Source: Mustelus asterias
Lineage: Eukaryota
Assembly: GCF_964213995.1 (NCBI RefSeq)
Contig: NC_135821.1
Location: 39,618,001 to 39,682,000 of the forward strand
Reading direction: 5' to 3'
DNA: 64,000 nucleotides
In this document: in pieces, positions 11,870-23,070 of the stretch
Layout: each line of letters starts with the position of its first letter
Position numbering within the stretch: position 1 is the stretch's first letter
Notes under the pieces: model-generated
Seen by the model: the letters and a program-made list of their open reading frames with translations, nothing else
What the model was told of the DNA's origin: nothing
Database searches by the model: none
Position numbers and translations under genes: made by a program

Positions 11870-12135
11870 CTATTTGTTCATGGCAATGTCATTGGCAAGG
11901 CCAGCATTTTTAAACATTGACCCTGTAAGGATGGCCTTAGGACCTTACTGAACCAGATGGGTTTTCTGTGCCTCAGTCACCTTTACTTGAGTCTAGCTTT
12001 CAATTCCAGATTTATTTTTAATTGAGGTTTTTTTTTTAAATCCATCAATTAGTTGGATTTAAATGCAAGTGCCCACAGCATTAGCCTGGACCTCTGGATT
12101 AATAGCCCAGAAACCATGATGCCACCATCTCCCTG
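11870..12135 (-). mobile_element. Degenerate SINE-B copy
   Basis: TGAACCAGATGGGTTTT, TTCCAGATTTATT and CATGATGCCACCATCTCC segments. Confidence 0.6.
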
Positions 12136-12507
12136 ATTGTTTTGCCTTTGTTATTAATTTAAATCCAAATTTTCACCCAGTGCCAACCTTTGCAACCTGT
12201 TCCAATCTTGTCTACCAGCTCGTGTTCATTTTGACCTCCTGTTACTCCCTCCCCTTCCGTTTCACTCCTGCATTGGTGACAGATCCTCCAGCTGCCTCAG
12301 CGCTATGGCTGCTACCTTTAACCCCTTCTGTGGCAGCTTGGTCCAATTGGCAAATGTCTTGAATCAGAAGTCAGAAGGTTGTGGATTCAAGCCCCACTCG
12401 AGGGGACAGAATTTTCTAGCCCCTCCCCTGTTAGAGGTTTTCCTTCGGCAGGGCTGGAGAGCCATTGCAATCTCCATTCACACCGTGCAGGACCAGAAGG
12501 TCCCATT

Positions 12508-12965
12508 GGTCATAGAGTCATAGAGCAGTACAGCATGGAAGCAGGCCCTTCGGCCCAACTGGTTCTTGCCAACCACAGTGCCTTCCCATTGCCCGTGTTT
12601 GGCCCATATCCCTCAAATACTTTCCCATCCATGTACTTACCCAAATGCTTTTTAAATGTTGCTGTTGTACCTGCCTCAACCACTTTCTCTGGCAGCTCAT
12701 TCCATACATGGATCACCCGCTGTGTGAAGAAATTACCCCTCAGGTCCCTTTTAAATCTTTCCCCTCTCACCCTATACCTACGCTCTCTGGTTTTCAATTC
12801 CCCTTTCCTGGCAAAAGGACTGTGGCCGGAATTTTACCGGCCCGCTCGCCACAGGAATCGGAGCGGCCAAGGGGAGGACCGTGGAAAGATCGGCAAGGCT
12901 ATAAAATCCCGTCCTATGTAAGTTGACCCTATCTGTGCTGCTCATGATTTTATACACCTCAGTAA
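12508..12965 (-). mobile_element. CR1 3' end carrying a MITE insertion
   Basis: RGERFKRDLRGNFFTQRVIHVWNELPEKVVEAG and (CATAGAGT)n tail. Confidence 0.9.
12824..12914. mobile_element. Short TIR MITE (PIF/Harbinger-like)
   Basis: GGCCGGAATTTTA...TAAAATCCCGTCC termini, flanks TGT/TAT, interrupts the CR1. Confidence 0.7.
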
Positions 12966-13039
12966 GGTGTGTATATATATATATATATACACCTCAATAA
13001 ACCTCATGGTGTGAAGGGCTGGACAATTCCGACCTAGGT

Positions 13040-13480
13040 CTTAAGAACAGAATCTAGGCTCGCATTTCAATGACGTAGTGAGGGAAAATCTTAATTGTTG
13101 GTGCGGTGATTGTTTCTTTAAGAGCAACTCAGCAGAGTAAGGGTCACCCAGCCTGGGAGACCAATCGGGACTCAGAGTAGGGAATCACCCCAGGGGGAGG
13201 AGTTCTCTTAGGCAGAGTCATTCCAGAACCAGCTGCAGACATGCTGCTGTTCTTGTAGATCCTTCTAAATAAATCCTTTGCTGTTCACCAATGGAGTCTC
13301 AGAAAGAGCATTGTTACCGTTGGCGACGCTGTCTTTAAGATGAGATGTTCAACCGATCCCTGTCTGCTCTCCCAGACGGATGTTCACAATCCCATAGCAC
13401 TTTTGGAAGAAGATCAGTTGATTACAGAGTTCACTTGCTGTCTCTGAGTGCTTATTGGTTGCTGTGTTTGTCTAGCGTAC
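13040..13480 (+). mobile_element. Decayed Deu-domain SINE (SacSINE1/AmnSINE-like), split by a candidate solo LTR
   Basis: GCTGTCTTTAAGATGAGATGTTCAACCGA..GTCTGCTCTCCCAGACGGATGT..ATCCCATAGCACTTTTGGAAGAAGA resembles the Deu core as I recall it. Confidence 0.55.
13102..13318 (+). mobile_element. Candidate solo LTR
   Basis: Starts TG, has CCAAT and AATAAA (~13268), ends ..TTGTTACC, flanked by GTTGG (13097-13101) and GTTGG (13319-13323). The terminal CA is not intact. Confidence 0.45.
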
Positions 13481-13532
13481 ACTTCAAAAGTAATTGAATC
13501 AGCAGTAATTGGGTTTTTTTTGCATTCCAATT

Positions 13533-13810
13533 GGGCGGAAAGATTTTCTGCGCTTTCAGAGGGGTATTACTAACGGCACCACCCCATCACTGTCATGAAG
13601 TGGCCCACCCGTGGATAAGTTGAATTAACATCAGCCCTGCATCAGCTCAGCAGACTTGGCACCCACCCCGCGTTCAAGATCTTGCTTTCCTGCAAATTGA
13701 GTGCTTTAAAGGCTCGGATTTCCAATTAAAACATTGGCTGGGATGGTCGCAGGCAGGTTGGAAAATTTGGTGACCTAGCAAAATGTGTGGCACATGGAGA
13801 AATCCCAGCC
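13533..13810. mobile_element. Degenerate TIR element of the same MITE superfamily
   Basis: GGGCGGAAAGATTTTCT...GGAGAAATCCCAGCC termini. Confidence 0.5.
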
Positions 13811-13945
13811 TTTGAGTGTGGAACTCACTGATCAATACAGGTGTTCAGCCCTAAGCTCAGTGTTAGTGAGTGGGTCCGTCTGAGGGGTCCTAACCAATCT
13901 GAAATGCTGGAATCTCATGATGGTGCAGCACAGCACTGACAGAAC

Positions 13946-14897
13946 GGGTGGAATTTCATGAGAAAAATTCTTAAGTGTCCAGCTGGCGTGAAAATGGGAG
14001 GGTTGCAGATCCATTTTTTGGGTGAGTTTTTACACCCAGTCGTATGCACATAGTGTGTGAAAAAATAGGCTAGACGGTTTTTAGTTGCTAGGGGCTGTGG
14101 GTAGGGCTTAATTCACCAGCCAGCCTGATCAGGCAGCAGAGGGAGCTATTGCGCATGTGCAGACATCTGAGGCTGCACATGCGCAATTCAAACAGCAGAG
14201 GCCTGACAGAAAGAGAGAGATCTGTCAGGCCTCTGCTGCTGCAGCCGGCCTCAACACAGAACCTCCTCCCCCCCCACCCCGATGCCCAAACAATCGCGGG
14301 GGCCCGTGGCCGATCACAAGCCCCACATGGCCTGAAAATGTAACCGTCACCGCCCAGACCGATCACACACCTGCCCCGCCAATCTGCCTGTTGGCAGAGT
14401 GACAGCAGGCCCCCCCCCATCGATCAAAGCCCTGCCCCCCCATAAGCCCTACCCCTGGCACTGCTCAGTGGGCATTGCCAAGGTACCAGGCTGGCACTGC
14501 CCAAGGGGCACTTCCACAATTATCCTTGACCTCCTCGGGGGCCTCCCTGGCGTTTGGCTCTTCCGGCCAGAGCAACACAACTGTTCCATGTTCATGGGGA
14601 GCAGATGTTTTCCTTGCCGGAGAGAACCTCTCCCGGCGCAGCTATAAAGGCGAAGTGAACCTGGACGATTGGGCGCCAGGCTCACTAAAGACATACAAAA
14701 CACTATTGAAATATTTTTCCATAATTTATTCAGCCTCTTGCCGGAAATGGGCGAGAGGTTGACCGTGCTGGAAATCTGGTGCCGGTAAGATTGTGAGAAC
14801 TGGGAAATCGGGCGCGATCCCGATTCCTCGGCTCTCGTGAGATTTTTCCGGCTTGCTCCACCCACCGATGGGAGAGGTGAGCCGGTAAAATTGCAGC
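13946..14897. mobile_element. Longer non-autonomous TIR element (GC-rich interior)
   Basis: GGGTGGAATTTCA...CCGGTAAAATTGCAGC termini like the short MITEs; CpG-rich interior with no credible ORF. Confidence 0.55.
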
Positions 14898-15237
14898 TGG
14901 TAGGTAATTGCCGTTGAGTGATCTGTATCTATATACCTTGTTATTTTTGTTCAAAATTTGGGACATTTTATCTGATAAAGCACTGGAAAAGCAGATGCAC
15001 GATATTTTTGCATCGTGAGATGTAAAAGTGGAAAAGCAAACTTTTAGTGTCATTTTCCAAATCGGAAACCTCCAGATTGCCCAATCAGAAACCAGATTCT
15101 CCAGTCGCTGGCCGAATATGTGACAGCCTCGAGTGAAAAGGAAGGGACACAGACGGCAGAAGATGTCCATTCAGGAACCATTCGAAAACACTTCGCTATT
15201 TGCAATATCAGTGACCTCCTCTCCCCTCTGTTTTCAG

Positions 15238-15408
15238 CAGCAGACCTCAGAACCTGCACATTCCCCTCATGGAGCAAAACTTCCCGGCATTCCCATGCTT
15301 TGACTCCGTGGGCGAGTGGTTGGACGCCATTGAGATGGGCAGATACAAGGACAACTTCACAGCTGCCGGATACTGCTACCTGGAATCGGTCGCAAGAATG
15401 ACAGTCCA
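15238..15408 (+). CDS. EPHA10: Eph receptor exon (linker + SAM N-terminal part); start could be 15238, 15241 or 15244
   Basis: Polypyrimidine tract + CAGCAGCAG acceptors, donor CA|GTAAGT, phase 2/2. Encodes (SS)RPQNLHIPLMEQNFPAFPCFDSVGEWLDAIEMGRYKDNFTAAGYCYLESVARMTVQ; this frame is not in the ORF track. Confidence 0.9.
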
Positions 15409-15430
15409 GTAAGTGATCTTTCTCTTAGAC

Positions 15431-15908
15431 CAGGGGGTGGGCAACCTGCGGCCTGGGGGAGGGGGCACATGCAGCCCATCTGGGTTCTGAGTGCGGCCTA
15501 CGCGACATTTTGTTGACTATTGTCCAGGTGCAGGGTTGCCACTTCCTGCTGACTTCCATCCATGTTGTTTTCCGATGATTGAAGTGATTCACACATAAAG
15601 CAAGGGCAAGTGAAGGGAGGTGCATACTGATTGCTCACAACATTGACTGTGAGAGCCGTGCGCTCCCTCTGTGTCCAAAGTGTAAATATTTATTTTGTTT
15701 TTATCATTTGAAGTTGACGATCGTTCTATTAATATATGAATGATGAAGCATTTTCTATAACTCGTTATGAAATGTTTGTCGTGTATTAAATGCTTTTAAT
15801 CATATTCAAGTGTCACAGTTAGTGCAACATGCCCAATTTCAATCTGGTGGCCCACTGAGATGAAGGAGGGTCACTCTTGCGGCCCCCTCACTAGGTTGCT
15901 CATCACTG
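15431..15908. mobile_element. hAT (Charlie-like) non-autonomous DNA transposon
   Basis: TIRs CAGGGGGTGGGCAACCT / AGGTTGCTCATCACTG, subterminal GCGGCC motifs, 8-bp TSD TCTTAGAC / ATTTAGAC. Confidence 0.85.
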
Positions 15909-16155
15909 ATTTAGACAATTTGCCATTCGTCTGTCCACTTCTGCCACGGTGCTGATATGAAAGTGAGAATCGTGCATTAACTATCTGTCTGATGTGTTTA
16001 CTGCGATTAAAGCTTCTGGGGTCACTTATATGTCTTGCATACCTCCCGACTTATCCAGGAAGATCCCAGACAACTTGTACAGATTTCTTCATCCCCCCCA
16101 AACCTTGTGACTGCGCCACTCCCTGCTCTGCAAGCAGTGAGATTTGGGGAGTGTT

Positions 16156-16209
16156 CTGGAACACGGTGCGCCTGGAACGTGGTGCACCTGGAACATGGTG
16201 CGTCTGGAC
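16156..16209. repeat. 16-bp tandem repeat (CTGGAACRYGGTGCRY) x~3.4
   Basis: ctggaacacggtgcgc ctggaacgtggtgcac ctggaacatggtgcgt ctgga. Confidence 0.85.
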
Positions 16210-16540
16210 ACAGCTCAGGAATGTGTTAAATTAAGTTTACAGCATAGAACGGCCATAAAGCAACCATAATAAATCCCCCCCCTCCTGTTTGAATTTGATG
16301 TTCACCAGATTGAGCCTGAGGTAGAGTGACCACTGTATGAACATAATCATAGATCACAATGCACCACAACTCTACTACAGCTTTTGTTTTTTACCCCCCT
16401 TTATTTCCTCTGTGTTTACAATGCCAAAATTGAAGAAATCTCAAAGAAAAAGACTTTTAAATGGGCCAAAAACCTGACATATCCTGTCTGTAAATGCTCT
16501 TGCTACTTAAAACCGACATCCTTGGTCCTGTCACATCATC

Positions 16541-16871
16541 AGGGCGGCACAGTGGTTAGCACTGCTGCCTCACAGCGCCAGGGGCCCAGGTTCGATTCCC
16601 AGCTTGGGTCACTGTCTGTGCAGAGTCTGCACGTTCTCCCCGTGTCTGCGTGGGTTTCCTCCGGGTGCTCCAGTTTCCTCCCACAGTCCAAAGATGTGCG
16701 GGTTAGGTGGATTGGCTGTGCTAAATTGCCCCTTTGTGTCCCAGGATGTGTAGTTTAGAGGGATTAGTGGGGTAAATGTGTGGGTTTGTAAGATAGGGCC
16801 TGGGTGGGATTGTTGTCAGTGCAGACTCGATGGACCTAATTGCCTCCTGCTCCACTGCAGGGATTCTATGA
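16541..16871 (+). mobile_element. HE1/V-SINE, CR1-type tail
   Basis: Head, core and tail as in other copies. Confidence 0.9.
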
Positions 16872-17806
16872 TCAAAGGACTTAATGCATTAAATAGTTAC
16901 TTAAAAATAAATATCCCTGTGTGACGCATGGGCACTTGCTGTCACAGGCTGCAGGGTAGCTATTTTCAGTGCCTGCTCCTACACTGGGAATACAGTGCCA
17001 TTGGCCAGCAGTGCTTTAATGTTCAATTGGAATGAAGACAAAACTTGCCCGTGTTGACCTGAACTATTTGATTCAGCACATTGGCTGGTATTGTGGCTAA
17101 TATCTGCGCCAGAGTACAAGGAGGCAGAAGGTGCTGAAGGAGGCAGTGTCCTTGACTGCCAGTGACAGCCAGGGTGGCTACACTGGCTATGTGTACAACA
17201 GATGGTCCAGATCTGCGATTGGGTACCGGGAGCTCGCAGAGCCAGGTCCCCACAGTCAGAGACAGGCTGGTGTGCCAGACCCTGTTGGCATGACTGGCAG
17301 GAGTGGGCAGGCTGGCTCTGCTGCCTGATGAGACATATGATGCCCTGCTCATGGAGCATCTTATCAGTTTCAGCTTACCAACTCCCATTTATGCCTTCAT
17401 TCTCACCAAGCTCCTGTTACAGTTTGACTGTAAAGATCTGCTTTGCTTTCCGTTCTTTCCCACGCTTTATTCTGCCGGAATCTTAGAAAGATTTGCACCT
17501 CATGGTTTTCCCAATTCATTAACAATCAATATTCAGCACTTTGAGAAGAAGGAAAAGAATTCCCACTCCCACCCATATTCTCCTATTTTAATTTATGTTG
17601 ATATTTATTTTTAAAAAGGCACATGGAAACATAAAATGGTTACAGCACAGAAGGAGGCTCTTTGGCCCATTGTGCCAATGCCAGCTCTCGGCAAGAGCAA
17701 CTTGTCTAACGCTACTCCCCCGCCTCTTACCCGAAACCCGGCAAACCTTTTCTCATCATTCTCTCCACTCCTGCTAATCTAGTTCACTGTTGAATAGAAC
17801 GGAATA

Positions 17807-18110
17807 GGGCGGCACGGTGGCACAGTGGTTAGCACTGCTGCCTCACAGTGCCAGGGACCCGGATTCAATTCCAGCCTTGGGTGACTGTGTGAAGTTTGCA
17901 CATTCTCCCCGTGTCTGCGTGGGTTTCCTCCGGGTGCTCCGGTTTCCTCCCACACTCCAAAGATGTGCAGGTTAGATGGATTGACCGTGCCAAATTGCCC
18001 CTTAGTGTCGGGGGATTAACAGGGTAAATACGTGGGGTCATGGGGACAGGGCTTGGGTGGGATTATTGTTGATGCAGGCCCGATGGGCCGAATGGCCTCC
18101 TTCTGCACGA
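17807..18110 (+). mobile_element. HE1/V-SINE, CR1-type tail
   Basis: Near-consensus full copy. Confidence 0.9.
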
Positions 18111-18457
18111 GAATGCTTCCAAGTTTTGAGTCATCTGTAACGTTTGAAATTTGTATGCATGCCCAAGGCTAGGCTATTAATGTACAGACCAGTACTAAAA
18201 ACATGCCACAAAGTTAGAAAACATAAAAGAAACCTAAAATCCTAGGCCCTCTGAACTGTTCAACCGCAGCAATTGATCTTGGGGTTGCTAGGCAAAGAGA
18301 ATCCAAACAAATCTCGATCACTCACTGAAATGCTTTTTAATGTTTAAATGCAGCCATGGTGGGGTTTTTGCAAAAAAAGTTGGATTGTTACAGATGCAGT
18401 TTTTTTCTTTTCGTATTTGAGCCATAGTTTCTAATTTCTCCCGTGCCTGTTCCACTT

Positions 18458-18745
18458 AGGGGCGGCACGGTGGTACAGTGGTTAGCGATGCTGCCTCACA
18501 GTTCAATTCCCGGCTTGGGTCACTGTCTGTGTGGGGTCTGCATGTTCTCCCCATGTCTGCGTGGGTTTCCTCCAGGTGCTCCGGTTCCCTCCCACAATCC
18601 AAAGATGTGTGGGTTAGGTGCATTGGCCATGTTAAATTCTCCCTCAGTGTACCCGAACAGGCGCCGGAGTGTGGCGACTAGGGGATTTTCACAGCAACTT
18701 CATTGCAGTGTTAATGTAAGCCTACTTGTGACTAATAAATAAACT
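18458..18745 (+). mobile_element. HE1/V-SINE, tail B
   Basis: Head and core, then AAATTCTCCCTCAGTGTACCCGAACAGGCGCCGGAGTGTGGCGACTAGGGG..AATAAATAAAC. Confidence 0.9.
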
Positions 18746-19597
18746 ATTTTTTTGAATGTACCAACAGCCTGAGTAAAATATGCCCATTACATTTTAATTT
18801 AAGATGGGGATATTGAGGCCTCTATATGTAGAAAAGGGGACTGCAGAACCTGAAGCAGATTAAAGCCTGTCTCTGGATTCCACCGGTATTGTCACTGTAG
18901 GTGAATCTTGCGTGATAATAAAACAGCATCTAATGTTGTGCGACAGCCCCCGACTGAACCTTTAATAATCAACTGGCGCTGTCCTCTACAAGGAAGTTAC
19001 AATTCCAATCTCCCAGGAACCAGCAAATCGAACCAACCGTACTTGAAAACAGCTCATGCAGTCTAACAGCTTTAGGCATAGCTTCTGAATGAATGGAAAA
19101 ATGTGAAGCAAAGGCATGTCTTTCAGAGTTTGTCCATGGCTTGGGCTGCATAAGTTGATAAATGTTGAAAAGTAGCAAAACCTCCAGCCAAAAATCCAAT
19201 TGTGGTTCAATGAAAAACCTTTGACAGAGAATCGGACAACCTTATTACGCCGAGTCTATAGCGCAGGAACAGGCTATTTAGTCCAACTGGTCTATGCTGG
19301 TGTTTATACTCCCCAGCGCCTCCTTACCTAACCCTGACAGCAAATCCTTCCATTCCTTGTTTGTTTATTTGGCTTCAACTTAAACAAAGTTATTCACCTC
19401 AACTACTCCAACTGGTAGTTAGTTCCATATTCTCAACATTCTCTGGGTAAAGAACTCTTCCCTCAATTTTCTGTTGTATTTATCAGTGACCTTCTGGTAT
19501 ATGGGGGTAGGACCTGGGTGGGATTGTGGTCGGTGCAGACTCGATGGGCCGAATGGCCTCTTTCTGTACTGTATGGTTTCTATGATTCTATGTATTA

Positions 19598-19654
19598 TCT
19601 CTAGTTTGGGGGTGGCAGTAATTCTCTAGTTTGGGGGTGGCAGTAATTCTCTAC
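19598..19654. repeat. 25-bp tandem duplication (TCTCTAGTTTGGGGGTGGCAGTAAT) x2
   Basis: Perfect direct repeat visible. Confidence 0.9.
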
Positions 19655-19934
19655 ATGCACTTAGCTCCCTGCTGCGTTCCCCACTGAGTCGGAAAGATGT
19701 TGTACCCAACACAGGCCAGACTCTAACACCCAGACCAGATGTGACTGCTGGATGCTAAACAAAGAAAAACCACGAGCAGTACCATCAAACCAGAAGCACC
19801 CCCCCCCCCAAGCCTTGAATCTCCTTTCCGAAAACCATGAACCCATACCCTCCCCCTTGACTAGAAAAGTTAGCGTATTCAGTAAGGTCATCTCCATAGT
19901 CTAATCCTAAACCAAGACATTCAACCGCAACAGG

Positions 19935-20310
19935 GAGGCTCTGGCCTAGTGGTATTATCTCTGGACAATTAATCCAGAATCTCAGCTCATGTTCTGGGGA
20001 CCCGGGTTCGAATCCCACCATGGTGGATGGTGAATTTGAATTCAATTAAAAAAACCTGGAATTAAGAATCTACTGTTGACTATGAAACCATTGCCAATTG
20101 TCGGAAAAACCCATCTGGTTCACTAATGTCCTTTAGGAAAGGAAATCTGCCGTCCTTACCTGGCCTAGACGTGACTCCAGAGTCACAGGTGACTCTTTAC
20201 TGCCCTCTGAAATGGCCGAGCAAGCCACTCAGTTCAAGGGCAACTAGCGATGGGCAGTAAATGCTGGCCAGCCAGCAACACCCACGTCCCACAAATTAAT
20301 TTTAAAAAAT
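19935..20310 (+). mobile_element. SINE-B copy
   Basis: GGCCTAGTGGTATT..GGTTCGAATCCCACCATGG..GGGCAGTAAATGCTGGCC. Confidence 0.85.
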
Positions 20311-20387
20311 TGATCCTATCAGTCCATTTCTTGTTGCTTTGCACTCAGCGAGTTGGCACAAAGTCCAGTATGGATGCAAAGTCCGGA

Positions 20388-20595
20388 AGGGTGGCATGGT
20401 GGCACAGTGCTGAACACTGTGCTTTTCATTCAATCACCATGCCAGGGGCCTGGCTTCGGTTCCTGGCTTAGATCGCTATATGTGTGGAATCTGCATCTTC
20501 TCCTCGTGTCTGTATGGGTTTCCTCCGGGTGCTCCGGTTTCATCCCACAATCCGATATGGTTAAGTGCATTGGCCATGCTAAATTCCCCCTCAGC
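20388..20595 (+). mobile_element. HE1/V-SINE, 3' truncated
   Basis: Degenerate head plus core. Confidence 0.75.
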
Positions 20596-20691
20596 ACGTG
20601 CCGTCTAGGCTTGCAGGTGGAAAATGGTCACATGGGCAGGTCGTGCAAAGGCCTGTGCTAAAACTACCAGAGCCAGAACGTTCAGAAAAAA

Positions 20692-21003
20692 GTTTAAAGT
20701 TTATTTATTAGTGTCACAAGTAGGTTTACCTTAACACTGCAATGAAGTTACTGTGAAAATCCCCTAGTCGCCACACTCCGGCGCCTGTTCGGGTACACTG
20801 AGGGAGAATTTAGCACGGCCAATGCACCCTAACCAACATGCCTTTCGGACTGTGGGAGGAAACCGGAGCATGCGGAGGAAACCCACACAGACACGGGGAG
20901 AATGTACAAACTCCGCACAGACAGTGACCCAAGCCGGGAATCGAACCCGGGTCCCTGGCGCTGTGAGGCAGTAGTGCTAACCACTGTGCCACCCTGCTGC
21001 CCA
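20692..21003 (-). mobile_element. HE1/V-SINE, tail B
   Basis: Full copy on minus strand. Confidence 0.9.
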
Positions 21004-21508
21004 AAAAGGGGAAAACCAAAGAGAGAGTATTTTTTTATATGGAAAAAAATATATAAAGGAATTGCAATACAAGCTTGTTGTAAGTATGCAAAAGAAGTAT
21101 GTGATTACTTGGGTCATTCTCTTCATCCAAATCCATCTGACCTTGATGCAACATCTCAAAACTCCCCCAGATTCAATGCCTGTGCCGCTTCATCCATCTC
21201 AATTGAAACTGTCACCCAAGGAACAGCCTTTAACCATCAGCCTTTCATGGCGTGATGTGAGTCTATTCTAATCTTTTCAGTTTTGGTCAATTGTGAGAGA
21301 TTTCAATAAAACACCGTGGCAGGTAATTTAATGGATGAAGTGCCACTAGAAATGGGAACTTGTACAAGCTGATTATGTCAGTGTGATTATTATACTTAGC
21401 TGTGCTTTTCATTCAATCACCAGCCTGGCCCCCATCCTTAGCCGCCGTAATGGGAATGGATAGCAGCCGACGGCAAGCACTGAATTCTGTGTGGTTTTCC
21501 TTCCGCAG

Positions 21509-21623
21509 GGACGTAATGAGCCTGGGGATTACATGTGTCGAACACCAGAAACAAATCCTGAGCAGCATTCAGACTCTACGAGCACAGGTTATACAAATGC
21601 ACGGACGCGGTGTTCAGGTTTGA
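21509..21623 (+). CDS. EPHA10: Eph receptor last coding exon (SAM C-terminal part + PDZ-binding motif)
   Basis: ttccttccgcAG|G GAC.., phase 2. Encodes DVMSLGITCVEHQKQILSSIQTLRAQVIQMHGRGVQV*; the C-terminal GVQV matches EphA10 as I recall it. Confidence 0.9.
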
Positions 21624-22145
21624 CAGCGGCATTCGCCTAGGTCTGCTCTGCAAACTGCATTCTTGACAAATTACCAACGGAAAGCTGCCTGGTGGAAAGC
21701 AGCGTGTTCAAGAGATGATGCCAGTGCGTGGGGTGGCCGGGGAAGAGGACCCAAGACCCGGCCTTTATATTCGCTTTTTTAAAAAAAATGAAATGATTTC
21801 AACGAGGGGTATCTTGGAAAGGATTGCTCAGGCAACCGGCCACATGGCGTTCCTGGAACGCGGAAGAGGATAGGATGCAAGCGGCAGTGTTTAAAGTTAC
21901 CTTTTCTATATTGGCTCTGTTTATCTTCGATCATTGTGGTTTGGACAACGCTGTTCACTTTGATGAATGCGGAGCTGGTACAGGCACTCTGTGTCACCAG
22001 ACTGTGAACTTCAGACATCAGCTTGGATTCGAGAAATTCTGTTTTAACCGTCGGTTGAGTACCCAAGATCATATGTTCTCGTACCATCATTGAAAACATA
22101 TTCAGTCATATAACTCGTGTGCCCAACTTCTTTAAGGCTATGAGT

Positions 22146-22190
22146 TGTGCGTGTGTGTGTGTTTGTCTGTGTGTGTGTGTATGTATGTGT
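22146..22190. repeat. Imperfect (GT)n microsatellite in the presumed 3' UTR
   Basis: Visible dinucleotide run. Confidence 0.9.
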
Positions 22191-22709
22191 CATGTACACT
22201 TCTGGCCACACATTTGAGTCTTGGCAGTACAGGACCTCAGAGGATGAGATGCCCATTTCATTCTTAATCTGGCTCCCTGAAGGTTTAACTGCTCAGCAAG
22301 TGCCTGAGAATAGGCCACATTTATTTTGTTAGCTAATTTCATCTCATAGTTCAACAGCTGTGGGCTAAACTTAAAAAATGAATCTCGCTACAGATGGGTC
22401 AGCAATAAGTCTTGTGGCCTGCAATGTATCCAAATCCAAATATCCAAATCCAAGTATAGCTAAACTATATCCAATACAGGGTAACAAATCTTGGAAGTCC
22501 TCTTTCTGAAATAGTGGCGACTGGGCCTTCATGACTTGAAAGGTTATAAAAGGTGGGGTCATAAAGACTGTTCATTACATTTAAAATGATTCTCTAGGCT
22601 TAAGCAGAGGAAATTAGTCGCAGATAACAAGGATTCATGATTTGCGTCAGTTGCATTGGAAATTATGTCCTGGAAGTGTGCTTACACGCTTCATGGCTAT
22701 CGGTGAGTC

Positions 22710-23070
22710 AACACATGGATAATCCATCTAACCTCACTGGTGGTCAAATTATTGGAACAAATTCTGAGGGAAGCTATAAGTCATTATTTAGAGCGGTCTG
22801 GAGTAATCGAGGGCAGTCTGTGTGGATTCGCTAAGAGGAGGTTGTGTCTGACGAACTTGATTGACTTTGTGAGGAGGTGACAAGGAGGGCCAGTGAAGGC
22901 ATTGCATTTGATGTAACCTCCATGGATTGTAGCAGTGTTTTGACAAGGTCCCACATGGCAGGCTAGTCGCAAAGGAAAAAGCCCGTAGGATCCAGGGGAA
23001 AGTGGCACATTGGATCCAAAATTGACTCAGTGACAGCAACAATGACATAGATTAGTGAAAGTTGTTTGCA
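22710..23070 (+). mobile_element. Old CR1 RT fragment
   Basis: TGTCTGACGAACTTGATTGAC (CLTNLI), TTTGACAAGGTCCCACATGGCAGGCTAG (FDKVPHGRL). Confidence 0.8.

Noticed and set aside
14088-14865. Several overlapping GC-rich ORFs / CpG-island-like segment
   Set aside because: Lies inside a TIR-bounded non-autonomous element; no recognisable protein and no evidence for a promoter
16156-16209. Short regularly repeated units resembling a CRISPR-like array
   Set aside because: Head-to-tail minisatellite with no spacers, in vertebrate DNA
17325-17367. CTGATGA as a hammerhead or C/D snoRNA box
   Set aside because: No GAAA box and no suitably placed D box with terminal stem; kept only as part of the hairpin finding
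16979-17614. Overlapping ORFs of 65-126 aa, including gag-like words (VRDRLVC, DETYDALL)
   Set aside because: Motif order is wrong for gag, stops intervene, and the open frames are explained by GC-rich palindromic sequence
17807-17880. tRNA-like sequences (A/B boxes) at SINE heads
   Set aside because: They continue into SINE core and tail and lack a complete cloverleaf; not tRNA genes
21779-22332. ORFs directly downstream of the EPHA10 stop
   Set aside because: Presumed 3' UTR and microsatellite; no homology recognised
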